In this document: positions 56,282 through 64,000 of the stretch, piece after piece
Layout of the letters: each line of letters begins with the position of its first letter
Numbering within the stretch: position 1 is the first letter of the stretch
Assembly (NCBI GenBank): GCA_910586385.1
Contig: CAJUGX010000001.1
Span: forward strand, 8,823-72,822
Source of the DNA: an uncultured Christensenella sp.
GTDB lineage: Bacteria; Bacillota; Clostridia; Christensenellales; UBA1242
Reading direction: 5' to 3'
DNA length: 64,000 nt
Position numbers and translations under genes: made by a program
The notes under the pieces: generated by a model
The model's input: only the letters and a program-made list of their open reading frames with translations
What the model was told of the DNA's origin: nothing
The model's database searches: none

Positions 56282-57388
56282 TTATCTCAATGTGTTGCTA
56301 AAGTTTGTGATGAAATTTGGCAAAGTTATTTTCAAAAATTGATCAACCTTGTAAAGCTCTCTCTCTGCCAATTTGTTGCTCTTGAGATATTTTTCCATAT
56401 TTCCGTCATAAGTGACAGCAAACTCTCTTATGTCCAAATCTTCAAGTGCATTAAGATAACAATCTGCCTCTTTCAAAAATTCGTCAACCATGTCAAACAA
56501 GTCTTTGACATTTGCACTGGTGTTGGTTGGAGTTGCGGTGCTCACGAGTGAGTTTTTGAAACTTGAAGAATAAGTTGTTTTCGCTGATTCCAAAAGACTG
56601 TCGATTTGTCTCAATGAGTCTGATTTGTTTTTGTAGTTGTCCCAAATCATTTGATTTGATGTTTCAGCAAGCATAAATTTGCTGAATATAGGAAGCATCT
56701 TTGTCCTTGCATAATCTCTGATGATTTTGAGAGTATTTCCATCAACGGATGTCTTTTTCAAACTCTCATAAATTTCAGTGCGCTCCATGCACTTTGCAAC
56801 AGACATAGCGATGTCGATATTTTTTGAAACAAGAGTCCCATATGATTTCTTAAACAAAACAAGTTTGCTTTCAATATCAGCCTTTGTTGCTGTTGGCACA
56901 GTATCAAAATAACTTGAAAAGCCTTTGCGAGCTGTTGCGAATGTTTTGAGATACTTTGTGAAATCTTTGATATCGCTGCAAAGAGCCTTCACTGCACTCT
57001 TTGCTGATTTTGAAAGTTTCTTTTGATTGTAGTTTTTGATAACTTCTATGTTTTGCACAATATAGTCATTTGAAATGACCAAAATTGAATTATATTCATT
57101 TTTAAGTTCGTCAAGATAATCAGGATTGACCGCTGTAAGTTTTGATTCAGCTTTTGCCCCATAGTTTACTTTGAGTTTTGTTTTGATGTTGTCAATCACA
57201 TCTTCAGAAAACACGGTGTCTGGATTTGTTTCGGAGACTGTATAATTTGCAATTGCTTTTTCCATTGCGGCGTAGTCACTCTTAAGTGCTGAGAGACTGC
57301 CACCACAACCAGAAAGCCCAAGCCCAGCAAAAATACCAACAATTCCCAAAACAGCAGCAATCGCTACGCTCTTAAATTTGTTTTTCAT
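56282..57388 (-). CDS. Lipoprotein, helical, unknown function (368 aa)
   Basis: Signal peptide with lipobox: MKNKFKSVAIAAVLGIVGIFAGLGLSGC. The SD GAGGAGG lies upstream. Confidence 0.7.
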   Translation of the reverse strand: MKNKFKSVAIAAVLGIVGIFAGLGLSGCGGSLSALKSDYAAMEKAIANYTVSETNPDTVFSEDVIDNIKTKLKVNYGAKAESKLTAVNPDYLDELKNEYNSILVISNDYIVQNIEVIKNYNQKKLSKSAKSAVKALCSDIKDFTKYLKTFATARKGFSSYFDTVPTATKADIESKLVLFKKSYGTLVSKNIDIAMSVAKCMERTEIYESLKKTSVDGNTLKIIRDYARTKMLPIFSKFMLAETSNQMIWDNYKNKSDSLRQIDSLLESAKTTYSSSFKNSLVSTATPTNTSANVKDLFDMVDEFLKEADCYLNALEDLDIREFAVTYDGNMEKYLKSNKLAERELYKVDQFLKITLPNFITNFSNTLR

Positions 57389-57402
57389 ATTGCCTCCTCA
57401 TC

Positions 57403-58215
57403 CTAAAACAACACGTTTCCATTCAAAACATCAGACCAGTACAAACTCTCTGTGCCTTTTTCCTTGATGTCTTTCATTTTGTTGTGATTACTTTCAGAAG
57501 TATAGTTGTAGTTCAAAACTGCCTTTTCAACATTCGATGGGTTGAAACTTGTTTGACTGAATCTCAACAACGCTCCTCCAAGATTCTCTTTGGTTTTGGC
57601 ATCTTTCTTGAAGTTGCTGTTGAGCTCTTTGATTCCCATAAAGAGCACATCTGTCAAATCATTGTTAAGCAAGCTTGAGGAAACCGATGCTTTATAAACA
57701 GTTGTCAAAACTTCAAATGCTCTCATAGTGTCAGAAACCATATCCTCCACATATTCTTTGTAGTTGTTCCACACAACTCTTTCCCAAGTGTCATTTCCAC
57801 CAATAAGTTTGCTGCTGTCTTCAATTGACTTCACCATTTTCTCTGCGTTTTTCTGTGCAGAGTTGAGTGCAGAAACAATCTTCTTCCTGTTTTTTGAATA
57901 AGTCTTTGTGTGCTCCATAAATGCTGCCTCATTGTTGAAGAATACAGCGATTTTTGTGTAAGCCTCATACGCTTCTCTATAGTTTGTCACTTCAAAAGCT
58001 TTTTCACCAGCCATACCTTGATAACGCAACAAATAGTCTTGAATGGTCTTATACTCTTTGCTGTCTTGTGACAAGTATTCCTGTGTCACAGCAGTGTTGA
58101 GGTCTTGTGCAAAACTCTTTGTGTTTTTGTCCTTAAACAACATTACAAACACAACTGCAAGCACAGCGGCAACCAAAAGCAATACAATGACCACGATGAT
58201 TCCCTTTTTCTTCAT
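57403..58215 (-). CDS. N-terminally membrane-anchored protein, unknown function (270 aa)
   Basis: MKKKGIIVVIVLLLVAAVLAVVFVMLF is followed by a helical ectodomain. A local match VVWNNYKEYVEDM versus MIWDNYKNKSDSL in the adjacent lipoprotein suggests distant paralogy. Confidence 0.65.
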   Translation of the reverse strand: MKKKGIIVVIVLLLVAAVLAVVFVMLFKDKNTKSFAQDLNTAVTQEYLSQDSKEYKTIQDYLLRYQGMAGEKAFEVTNYREAYEAYTKIAVFFNNEAAFMEHTKTYSKNRKKIVSALNSAQKNAEKMVKSIEDSSKLIGGNDTWERVVWNNYKEYVEDMVSDTMRAFEVLTTVYKASVSSSLLNNDLTDVLFMGIKELNSNFKKDAKTKENLGGALLRFSQTSFNPSNVEKAVLNYNYTSESNHNKMKDIKEKGTESLYWSDVLNGNVLF

Positions 58216-58226
58216 ACATCCCCCTT

Positions 58227-59582
58227 TTATTCTTGCTCAACATTGATTTTGTCATCCATGTTGAAATAAGTTGTATATTCGCCAACCCATCTAAGTTTAA
58301 CTTCTCCGGTGCTTCCACTTCTATGTTTTGCAATCAGAAGGTAAACTGTACCCGGCTCGTCTTCAGATGTTGTGTCGTTGTATTTTTCTGGATTATACAA
58401 GAAAAGGACAATGTCGGCATCTTGTTCGATTGAGCCAGATTCTCTAAGGTCTGAAAGGACTGGTCTATGATCTTCACGAAGTTCGACCGCACGAGACAAC
58501 TGTGAAAGCAAAATGATTGGAACATTGAGTTCTCTCGCTGCAATCTTGAGCGTTCTTGTAAGGTCGCTGACTTCTTGCGTTCTTGATTCTCTCGTCCCCT
58601 TGCCCATTGTCATAAGTTGAAGATAGTCAATCACAACAAGATCAAGCCCATCTGTCATTTTGAGTTTTCTGCACTTTGAGATGATGTCAAATGGTGTAAC
58701 CATTGATGAATCATCCACATAGATTGAACTTTGAGCAAGTTTTTTCTCCGCAGTCCAAACCCTCTTCCACTCGTCACTGTCCATTGTGCCTTTAAGCACT
58801 TTGCCAAGACTTACCTTGCCGACAGATGACAACGCTCTTTGCATAAGTTGTTCTCTTGACATTTCAAGGTCGAAGATGGCAACTTTCTTTCCTTCGTTTA
58901 TTGCAGCATATTCTGCGATGTTCATCGCAAATGATGTCTTTCCGACACCAGGACGAGCCGCGAGCAAAATCAAATCACTCTTTTGAAGTCCATTTGTGAT
59001 TTCATCAAACTCTTTGTATCCAGTTGGGATACCCCTCTTCTTCCCCTTGTTTTCAGCAAGCTCTGACAACTGTTTCAAAACATTGGTAAGAGTCCCGCCA
59101 GGTTTTCCGACAAGCTCAAGTTCTGATGAACTGTCTTTTTGCGACAAATCAAAAATCTTCTTTTCTGCAAACTGCATTGCTTGCCCACCATCAGGAGCAT
59201 CGAAAGCATTTTTGATGATGTCTTGAGACTCAGAAATCAAATGTCTCCTCACAGCACAATTTTTGACAATATCAAGATAATGCTCAAAGTTTGCTGCTGA
59301 AGGCACAACATTTGTGAGGTATGTGATGTAATCAATCCCACCAACTGCGTCAAGTTTTTTGTCAATTTCAAGTTGGTTTGTGAGCGTTACAAAATCAACT
59401 GGGATACTCTTTTCAAAAATCCTAAACATGCTGTCATAGATGTTTTTGTGAGATTCTGAATAAAAATCCGCAACTTCAACCTTTCTCAAAATATCATTCT
59501 GAGCTTCGTTGTCAAGCAAAATACAGCCGAGCAATGCTTGCTCCGCCTCCAAACTATTTGGCAAAATCTTGTAGTCAGCCAT
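58227..59582 (-). CDS. dnaB: Replicative DNA helicase
   Basis: 451 aa with PNSLEAEQALLGCILLD, the Walker A ARPGVGKTSFAMN, and IDYLQLM. Confidence 0.96.
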   Translation of the reverse strand: MADYKILPNSLEAEQALLGCILLDNEAQNDILRKVEVADFYSESHKNIYDSMFRIFEKSIPVDFVTLTNQLEIDKKLDAVGGIDYITYLTNVVPSAANFEHYLDIVKNCAVRRHLISESQDIIKNAFDAPDGGQAMQFAEKKIFDLSQKDSSSELELVGKPGGTLTNVLKQLSELAENKGKKRGIPTGYKEFDEITNGLQKSDLILLAARPGVGKTSFAMNIAEYAAINEGKKVAIFDLEMSREQLMQRALSSVGKVSLGKVLKGTMDSDEWKRVWTAEKKLAQSSIYVDDSSMVTPFDIISKCRKLKMTDGLDLVVIDYLQLMTMGKGTRESRTQEVSDLTRTLKIAARELNVPIILLSQLSRAVELREDHRPVLSDLRESGSIEQDADIVLFLYNPEKYNDTTSEDEPGTVYLLIAKHRSGSTGEVKLRWVGEYTTYFNMDDKINVEQE

Positions 59583-59593
59583 ATCTTTCTCCT

Positions 59594-59845
59594 TTAATCA
59601 GAAAATGGATCTTTCTTCTTGTCCATACGAGCTTTTTTTCTTTCGTCAAGTTTTCCACAAACAAACAGAAAGAGGAAAAACAAAACAAACATAATAATGA
59701 CGCACACCATGATGTTTATCCATTGCTTGACTCCAGCAACACCAAGGCAAACTGCGACCACGAGCATCGGAATAAAGACGATGAGCATAAAGAGTCCCAC
59801 CCTTTGAATTTTCTTTTTAAGTTCTTGTTTTTCCGAACTTCTCAT
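59594..59845 (-). CDS. Small 2-TM membrane protein (83 aa)
   Basis: The ATG at 59845 has a GGGAG 5 nt upstream. Two hydrophobic helices are flanked by Lys-rich ends. It is the first gene after a consensus promoter and precedes dnaB. Confidence 0.5.
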   Translation of the reverse strand: MRSSEKQELKKKIQRVGLFMLIVFIPMLVVAVCLGVAGVKQWINIMVCVIIMFVLFFLFLFVCGKLDERKKARMDKKKDPFSD

Positions 59846-59868
59846 TTCCACTCCCTTTGATTAAATCA

Positions 59869-59897
59869 AGTATACCAACAAATTGCCCGTTTGTCAA
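59869..59897 (-). promoter_or_regulatory. Consensus-like promoter for the small membrane protein-dnaB operon
   Basis: The minus strand reads TTGACA, a 17-nt spacer, then TATACT. Confidence 0.6.
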
Positions 59898-59942
59898 TTT
59901 GTTTTATCGCAAGACATCATCAAATCCTGTCACTTTTAGAGC

Positions 59943-59968
59943 AAAAAAAGGGCGAACCGCCCTTTTTT
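59943..59968 (-). terminator. Terminator after typA
   Basis: The minus strand reads TAAAAAA-GGGCG-GTT-CGCCC-TTTTTTT. Confidence 0.75.
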
Positions 59969-61799
59969 AGATTTCTCCACGCATAATCTTGCCACGCTCA
60001 CGAAGTCTCATGTTGTGGTCAAGAATAACTTTTCTGATTCTGATTGATTTTGGAGTAACTTCCAAAAGTTCGTCATCTCCCAAAAATTCGATGCAATCTT
60101 CAAGACTCAAGTTTCTTGGAGGAGTGAGTCTGAGTGCTTCATCTGAGCCAGAAGAACGACAGTTTGAAAGATGTTTTTCTTTGCAGACATTGACAACAAT
60201 ATCTCCGCCTTTTGGGTTGCTTCCAACAACCATTCCGCCATAGACTGGCACGCCAGGTCCAATAAACAAATCCCCTCTTTCTTGCGCATTGAAAAGCCCA
60301 TAAACAATTGCCTTTCCATTTTCATGTGCGACAAGTGAGCCAGATTCTCTTCTGTTGATTTCACCCTTGTATGGTTGATATTCGTGGAAGATTGAGTTGA
60401 TGATACCTTCACCACGAGTGTCTGTCAAATATTCTGACTTAAATCCAAAGAGTCCACGAGATGGAATCAAAAATTCCATCTTCATACGGCTTCCGTGTGG
60501 AGTCATGTCTTGAAGGTCACCTTTACGCACGCCCATCTTGTTCATGACAGTGCCCACGCAATCTCCTGGAACATCCAAGAAAAGCCTGTCGATAGGTTCA
60601 CACTTCACGCCGTCAATTGTCTTAATCAAAACTTTTGGCTGGCTGACTTGGAATTCATATCCATCTCTTCTCATATTTTCGATGAGGATAGACAGGTGCA
60701 TTTCGCCTCTTCCTCTCACCTTAAACTTTTCAGCAGTGTCTCCATCTTCAACACGAAGTGACAAGTCTTTGACTGCCTCTTTGTAGAGTCTGTCACGAAG
60801 GTGTCTTGATGTGACAAATTTTCCTTCTTGTCCAGCAAATGGGCTGTCGTTTACCATGAAAGTCATCTCAACACTTGGCTCTGCAATCTTGACAAATTCG
60901 ATTGGTTCGATTACGTTTTCGTCACAAATTGTGTCTCCGATTTGAACATCTTCAAGTCCAGCAACACAGACAATTTCTCCCGCACTTGCGCTTTCAACTG
61001 GCACACGCTTGAGCCCTTCATAAACAAACAGACTTACGATTTTTGATCTCTTCTTTTTGTCCGCTTCGTGATAGTTGCATACAATGACGCTTTGTCCAAC
61101 TTTCGCTGTGCCTCTCTCAATTTTTCCGACAGCAAGTTTTCCCACATACTCGTTGTGCTCTGCAGAAGAGATAAGCATTTTGAATGAGCTTGCATCGTCT
61201 CCGTGTGGAGCAGGAATGTGGCTGATGATTGTGTCAAAAAGTGGTTTCATATCTGTGCCAAGTTTGTTTTGGTCTGTTGATGAAATCCCTTGTCTTGCAG
61301 ACGCAAAAACAAATGGAGAGTTGAGTTGCTCTTCATCTGCATCAAGCTCCAAGAAAAGCTCCAAAACCTCATCCACAACCTCTTTGATTCTGGCATCTGG
61401 TCTGTCAATCTTGTTGACAACGACAACGACTTTGAGTTTGAGAGAAAGTGCTTTTTCAAGCACAAATCTTGTCTGAGGCATTGGGCCTTCATAAGCGTCA
61501 ACAACGAGCAAAACGCCATCAACCATTTTTAGGACTCTTTCAACTTCTCCACCGAAGTCAGCGTGTCCTGGCGTGTCAACGACATTGATTTTTACTCCGT
61601 CATAAAAACAAGATGTGTTTTTTGAGAGAATGGTGATTCCCCTTTCTCTTTCAATGGCGTTTGAGTCCATAACTCTGTCCTCAACCACCTGGTTGTCTCT
61701 AAACACATTTCCTTGTTTAAGAAGTTCGTTGACCAAAGAGGTTTTGCCATGATCAACGTGAGCGATAATCGCAATGTTTCTGATATTCTTGTTTTCCAT
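59967..61799 (-). CDS. typA: Translational GTPase TypA/BipA
   Basis: 610 aa with [31 protein letters not shown], and a BipA-type C-terminal domain. Confidence 0.96.
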   Translation of the reverse strand: MENKNIRNIAIIAHVDHGKTSLVNELLKQGNVFRDNQVVEDRVMDSNAIERERGITILSKNTSCFYDGVKINVVDTPGHADFGGEVERVLKMVDGVLLVVDAYEGPMPQTRFVLEKALSLKLKVVVVVNKIDRPDARIKEVVDEVLELFLELDADEEQLNSPFVFASARQGISSTDQNKLGTDMKPLFDTIISHIPAPHGDDASSFKMLISSAEHNEYVGKLAVGKIERGTAKVGQSVIVCNYHEADKKKRSKIVSLFVYEGLKRVPVESASAGEIVCVAGLEDVQIGDTICDENVIEPIEFVKIAEPSVEMTFMVNDSPFAGQEGKFVTSRHLRDRLYKEAVKDLSLRVEDGDTAEKFKVRGRGEMHLSILIENMRRDGYEFQVSQPKVLIKTIDGVKCEPIDRLFLDVPGDCVGTVMNKMGVRKGDLQDMTPHGSRMKMEFLIPSRGLFGFKSEYLTDTRGEGIINSIFHEYQPYKGEINRRESGSLVAHENGKAIVYGLFNAQERGDLFIGPGVPVYGGMVVGSNPKGGDIVVNVCKEKHLSNCRSSGSDEALRLTPPRNLSLEDCIEFLGDDELLEVTPKSIRIRKVILDHNMRLRERGKIMRGEI

Positions 61800-61828
61800 A
61801 ATTTTGTCCTTTCCTAAATAACTTAGTT

Positions 61829-61857
61829 ATTTTACCATTTTTTTGGACAAAACACAA
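61829..61857 (-). promoter_or_regulatory. Candidate typA promoter
   Basis: The minus strand reads TTGTGT, a 17-nt spacer ending in TGG, then TAAAAT (extended -10). Confidence 0.4.
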
Positions 61858-61887
61858 TAGAAAAATCAGAAAAAACAAAAACTCTTT

Positions 61888-62742
61888 TTATTTTTTGTGC
61901 AGTTTTTTCTTCTTTTGACGCACTTTGATCACCACCGCCGCCGAAATCATTGACGCCACAACCACGACAATTGCCCCAATGTACCAAATGGGAGTGTTGA
62001 CACTTGTCACCCAAAAACAGATACTCGCGTCACTTTCTATCTCATCAAGCGTCTTCAAAAAGACGTTGTGGCAGAAGTTTTCATCCTCATACATAACGTC
62101 AGATTTCAAACCTCTTGTTTGCGTTGCAAAGTCATAGATGAAAATTGAATTGTCATAGTTTTTCATCACTGCAGACTTTTTCTCTTGCGACATAGGATTG
62201 TTTGTTGCCCATGAAGATGCCGCCATCAAACAAATCATTTTGAGATCTCCGGCAGACTTTTTTGACGAGACTGGAAAGGTGGTTTTGATGATGGTTTTCT
62301 TCATGAAAAATCCACTTTTATGTTGGTTGTTTTTTGGATTTTCTTCGTCATCAGAAATGCCAAAAAATCTCTTTTGTGCATCGAGATTTTCAAACGCAAT
62401 TGAAAATCCAACACCATCAACATCGATGAAATACTTGCTGTTTTCAACGCTCACTCCATCTCCTGCTTTCTCTGCATTTGACTTTGCAAGAGCATTTACG
62501 TATGTGGTCAAATAAAATCTGAAAACTTGCACTTCCTCATCAGAAAAACCTTCCTTTTTGAGCATCTTAGAATTCATCGGAAAGATGTAAGAAAGAGAGA
62601 TATGCCCATCGTCATAACTCTTCCTCACAATCCGAAATGCGTTTGTTTCAAAGACATTTTGTCCCTCAGCCAGAGCGTTTGCGCATGGCAGATTTAAGAG
62701 CAAAACCAAGAGCAAAAAAAGAGTATAAAAAGTTTTTTTCAT
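61888..62742 (-). CDS. Secreted protein with C-terminal TM anchor (284 aa), unknown function
   Basis: The signal peptide is MKKTFYTLFLLLVLLLNLPCANALA. The C-terminus is IWYIGAIVVVVASMISAAVVI + KVRQKKKKLHKK. Confidence 0.65.
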   Translation of the reverse strand: MKKTFYTLFLLLVLLLNLPCANALAEGQNVFETNAFRIVRKSYDDGHISLSYIFPMNSKMLKKEGFSDEEVQVFRFYLTTYVNALAKSNAEKAGDGVSVENSKYFIDVDGVGFSIAFENLDAQKRFFGISDDEENPKNNQHKSGFFMKKTIIKTTFPVSSKKSAGDLKMICLMAASSWATNNPMSQEKKSAVMKNYDNSIFIYDFATQTRGLKSDVMYEDENFCHNVFLKTLDEIESDASICFWVTSVNTPIWYIGAIVVVVASMISAAVVIKVRQKKKKLHKK

Positions 62743-62770
62743 ACACTATTTATACTCTTTTCAGTTTTTA

Positions 62771-64000
62771 TTATGCCTCATTTGCTGAGATGTCACCCTT
62801 GTGCAAATTCTTTTCAAGTATGTTTGTTGCAGTGATTGTCCCATGGTTTTGATTGCCATCAACAGTTCCGTTTGCAAGAGATGCAATCCCCGCCATGTAT
62901 ACAACAAAGTTGTCATTGTTGTATTGCGCAGCAACTGTGATGTTTGCATAGTTGTGACAATTTGTCAAAGTTGAATAACTTGCATTTGTGACAACAATAC
63001 CTGCCGCTTGCACAATGTCTGATTCGTCAAGACCAATCACGCTGATTGTCTTTGTTGACATTGCATCACCTGAAACACAAGAATCAATTGTTGCATAATT
63101 TGTGAATGCAACCCCACCGATAAAGATAAGTTGAGCATGGTCATAATCCATAAACTCCATGTTTGTGTCAATGTTGCAGCCGGTGATAAGTGCTTCACTT
63201 CCAGTGTTGATTGAAGCAATACCGCTATAAATCATCATAAGTCTTGTCGTTCTGCCTGCAACTCCAACAAAATTGCTTGAGAAGTCAACCACATTGACAT
63301 TGTCAATTTTCCCAGAGTTTGTGATTGCAAGACCAGAGACAAGTGAGTTTCTCGTGATGTAAGGCGATGCTGATGTCACCTTGAGTGAAACTTTCAGATT
63401 CAAATCTTTCACAACAGCAGTTGAAGTCAAAGTCTCAAACAGTGCCGCACCATAACTTATTGTTGTGCTGTCCTCATCTGTCGAGCTCTTTACATTCCCT
63501 TCAGAGATTGTGATGTCTCCGTCAGTAAGTTTTGATGTTGTGCTGTTTTCATATTCAAGGACATGCCCATTTCCTCTGATTTCACCAGTAAACTTTCCTT
63601 CAAACAAGATGCCAGTCAATGCAGATGAGAAGGTGATGTCATCTTGGATTGAGAAATAATACTTTTCTTCTTCAGTTTTGATGTTTCCATTTTCAGTGTA
63701 AACAGCCAAAGTCTTGTCTTTTGAAAGACGGCAAGCAATGTTTTTGAATTGAGTCTCATTTGCAATCAAATATGGATTTTGGGATGTCCCCTGTCCACCA
63801 GCAAACAAGTTGAAATCAACCATTCTTCCACCTTGATATTCAAGTGCTTGCGATTGAATGTTTGATTCGCCAAGTTTAATCTTCACTTTGATTGTGACTT
63901 TTCCAACAATTGTTGGCACAAAGTATGAGTTTGTTGTGTTGTAAGTCCTTGTGATTGCGGCCGCACCTTCTCCATAGATTGCTTCCACAATATAGTTTGG
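62771..64000 (-). CDS. GLUG/beta-helix-like surface protein, 5'-partial (continues past window end), no C-terminal anchor
   Basis: The frame is open to nt 64000, and the track's M at 63988 is a GTG. It contains GGQGTSQNPYLIANETQF...YYFSIQDDITF...FEGKFTGEIRGNGHVLEY, the same module found in the giant protein. It ends ...GDISANEA with no hydrophobic tail. Confidence 0.7.
   Translation of the reverse strand, partial: PNYIVEAIYGEGAAAITRTYNTTNSYFVPTIVGKVTIKVKIKLGESNIQSQALEYQGGRMVDFNLFAGGQGTSQNPYLIANETQFKNIACRLSKDKTLAVYTENGNIKTEEEKYYFSIQDDITFSSALTGILFEGKFTGEIRGNGHVLEYENSTTSKLTDGDITISEGNVKSSTDEDSTTISYGAALFETLTSTAVVKDLNLKVSLKVTSASPYITRNSLVSGLAITNSGKIDNVNVVDFSSNFVGVAGRTTRLMMIYSGIASINTGSEALITGCNIDTNMEFMDYDHAQLIFIGGVAFTNYATIDSCVSGDAMSTKTISVIGLDESDIVQAAGIVVTNASYSTLTNCHNYANITVAAQYNNDNFVVYMAGIASLANGTVDGNQNHGTITATNILEKNLHKGDISANEA

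Noticed and set aside
1-64000. Alternative genetic code (TGA=Trp, Mollicutes-like), suggested by AT-richness and membrane-anchored surface proteins.
   Set aside because: Conserved genes end at TGA at the expected lengths (tpiA, hup, dnaX frame 0). No conserved gene needs read-through of an in-frame TGA.
1-64000. CRISPR arrays, IS elements, integrases, phage genes, tRNA or rRNA genes, and known defence or toxin systems.
   Set aside because: I saw no spaced direct repeats, no transposase- or recombinase-like ORFs, and no cloverleaf-sized conserved RNA in the few intergenic gaps. Every gap larger than 100 nt was read on both strands.

Overview
AT-rich window (about 35-40% GC by eye, not computed) from a low-GC Bacillota-like chromosome. 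It uses the standard genetic code, and TGA serves as stop in conserved genes. About 90% of coding is on the minus strand with very short spacers. The backbone is conserved housekeeping synteny: rpmG-secE-nusG-rplK-rplA; argS; dus-pgk-tpiA-dnaX-ybaB-recR; hup; a MOP-family flippase; rplI; tatD-rsmA; TetR/DegV; spmA-spmB; holB-yaaT-(yabB-like methyltransferase); a P-type ATPase; uppP; gltX-trpS; dnaB; typA. Very large N/T/S/Y-rich secreted proteins are inserted into this backbone. They share one topology: N-terminal signal peptide, C-terminal TM helix and a Lys/Arg tail, with no LPXTG. One of them is a 6083-aa (18.25 kb) giant ORF. I found no tRNA, rRNA, CRISPR array, transposase, integrase or recognisable defence or toxin system. 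The points most worth a second look are: (1) dnaX ends right after an A9 run, and the -1 frame continues into a tau-C-terminus-like ORF, which means either recoding or a homopolymer error; (2) the giant protein's architecture, with one module recurring at both of its ends and in a neighbouring gene; (3) the shared tail-anchor design of the surface proteins and their insertion at breaks in conserved synteny; (4) a consensus promoter placed as for a leaderless mRNA. Several ORF-track N-termini are TTG/GTG read-throughs, and I re-set those to the ATG that has a Shine-Dalgarno (SD). All homology calls rest on motifs read by eye. No searches were run.
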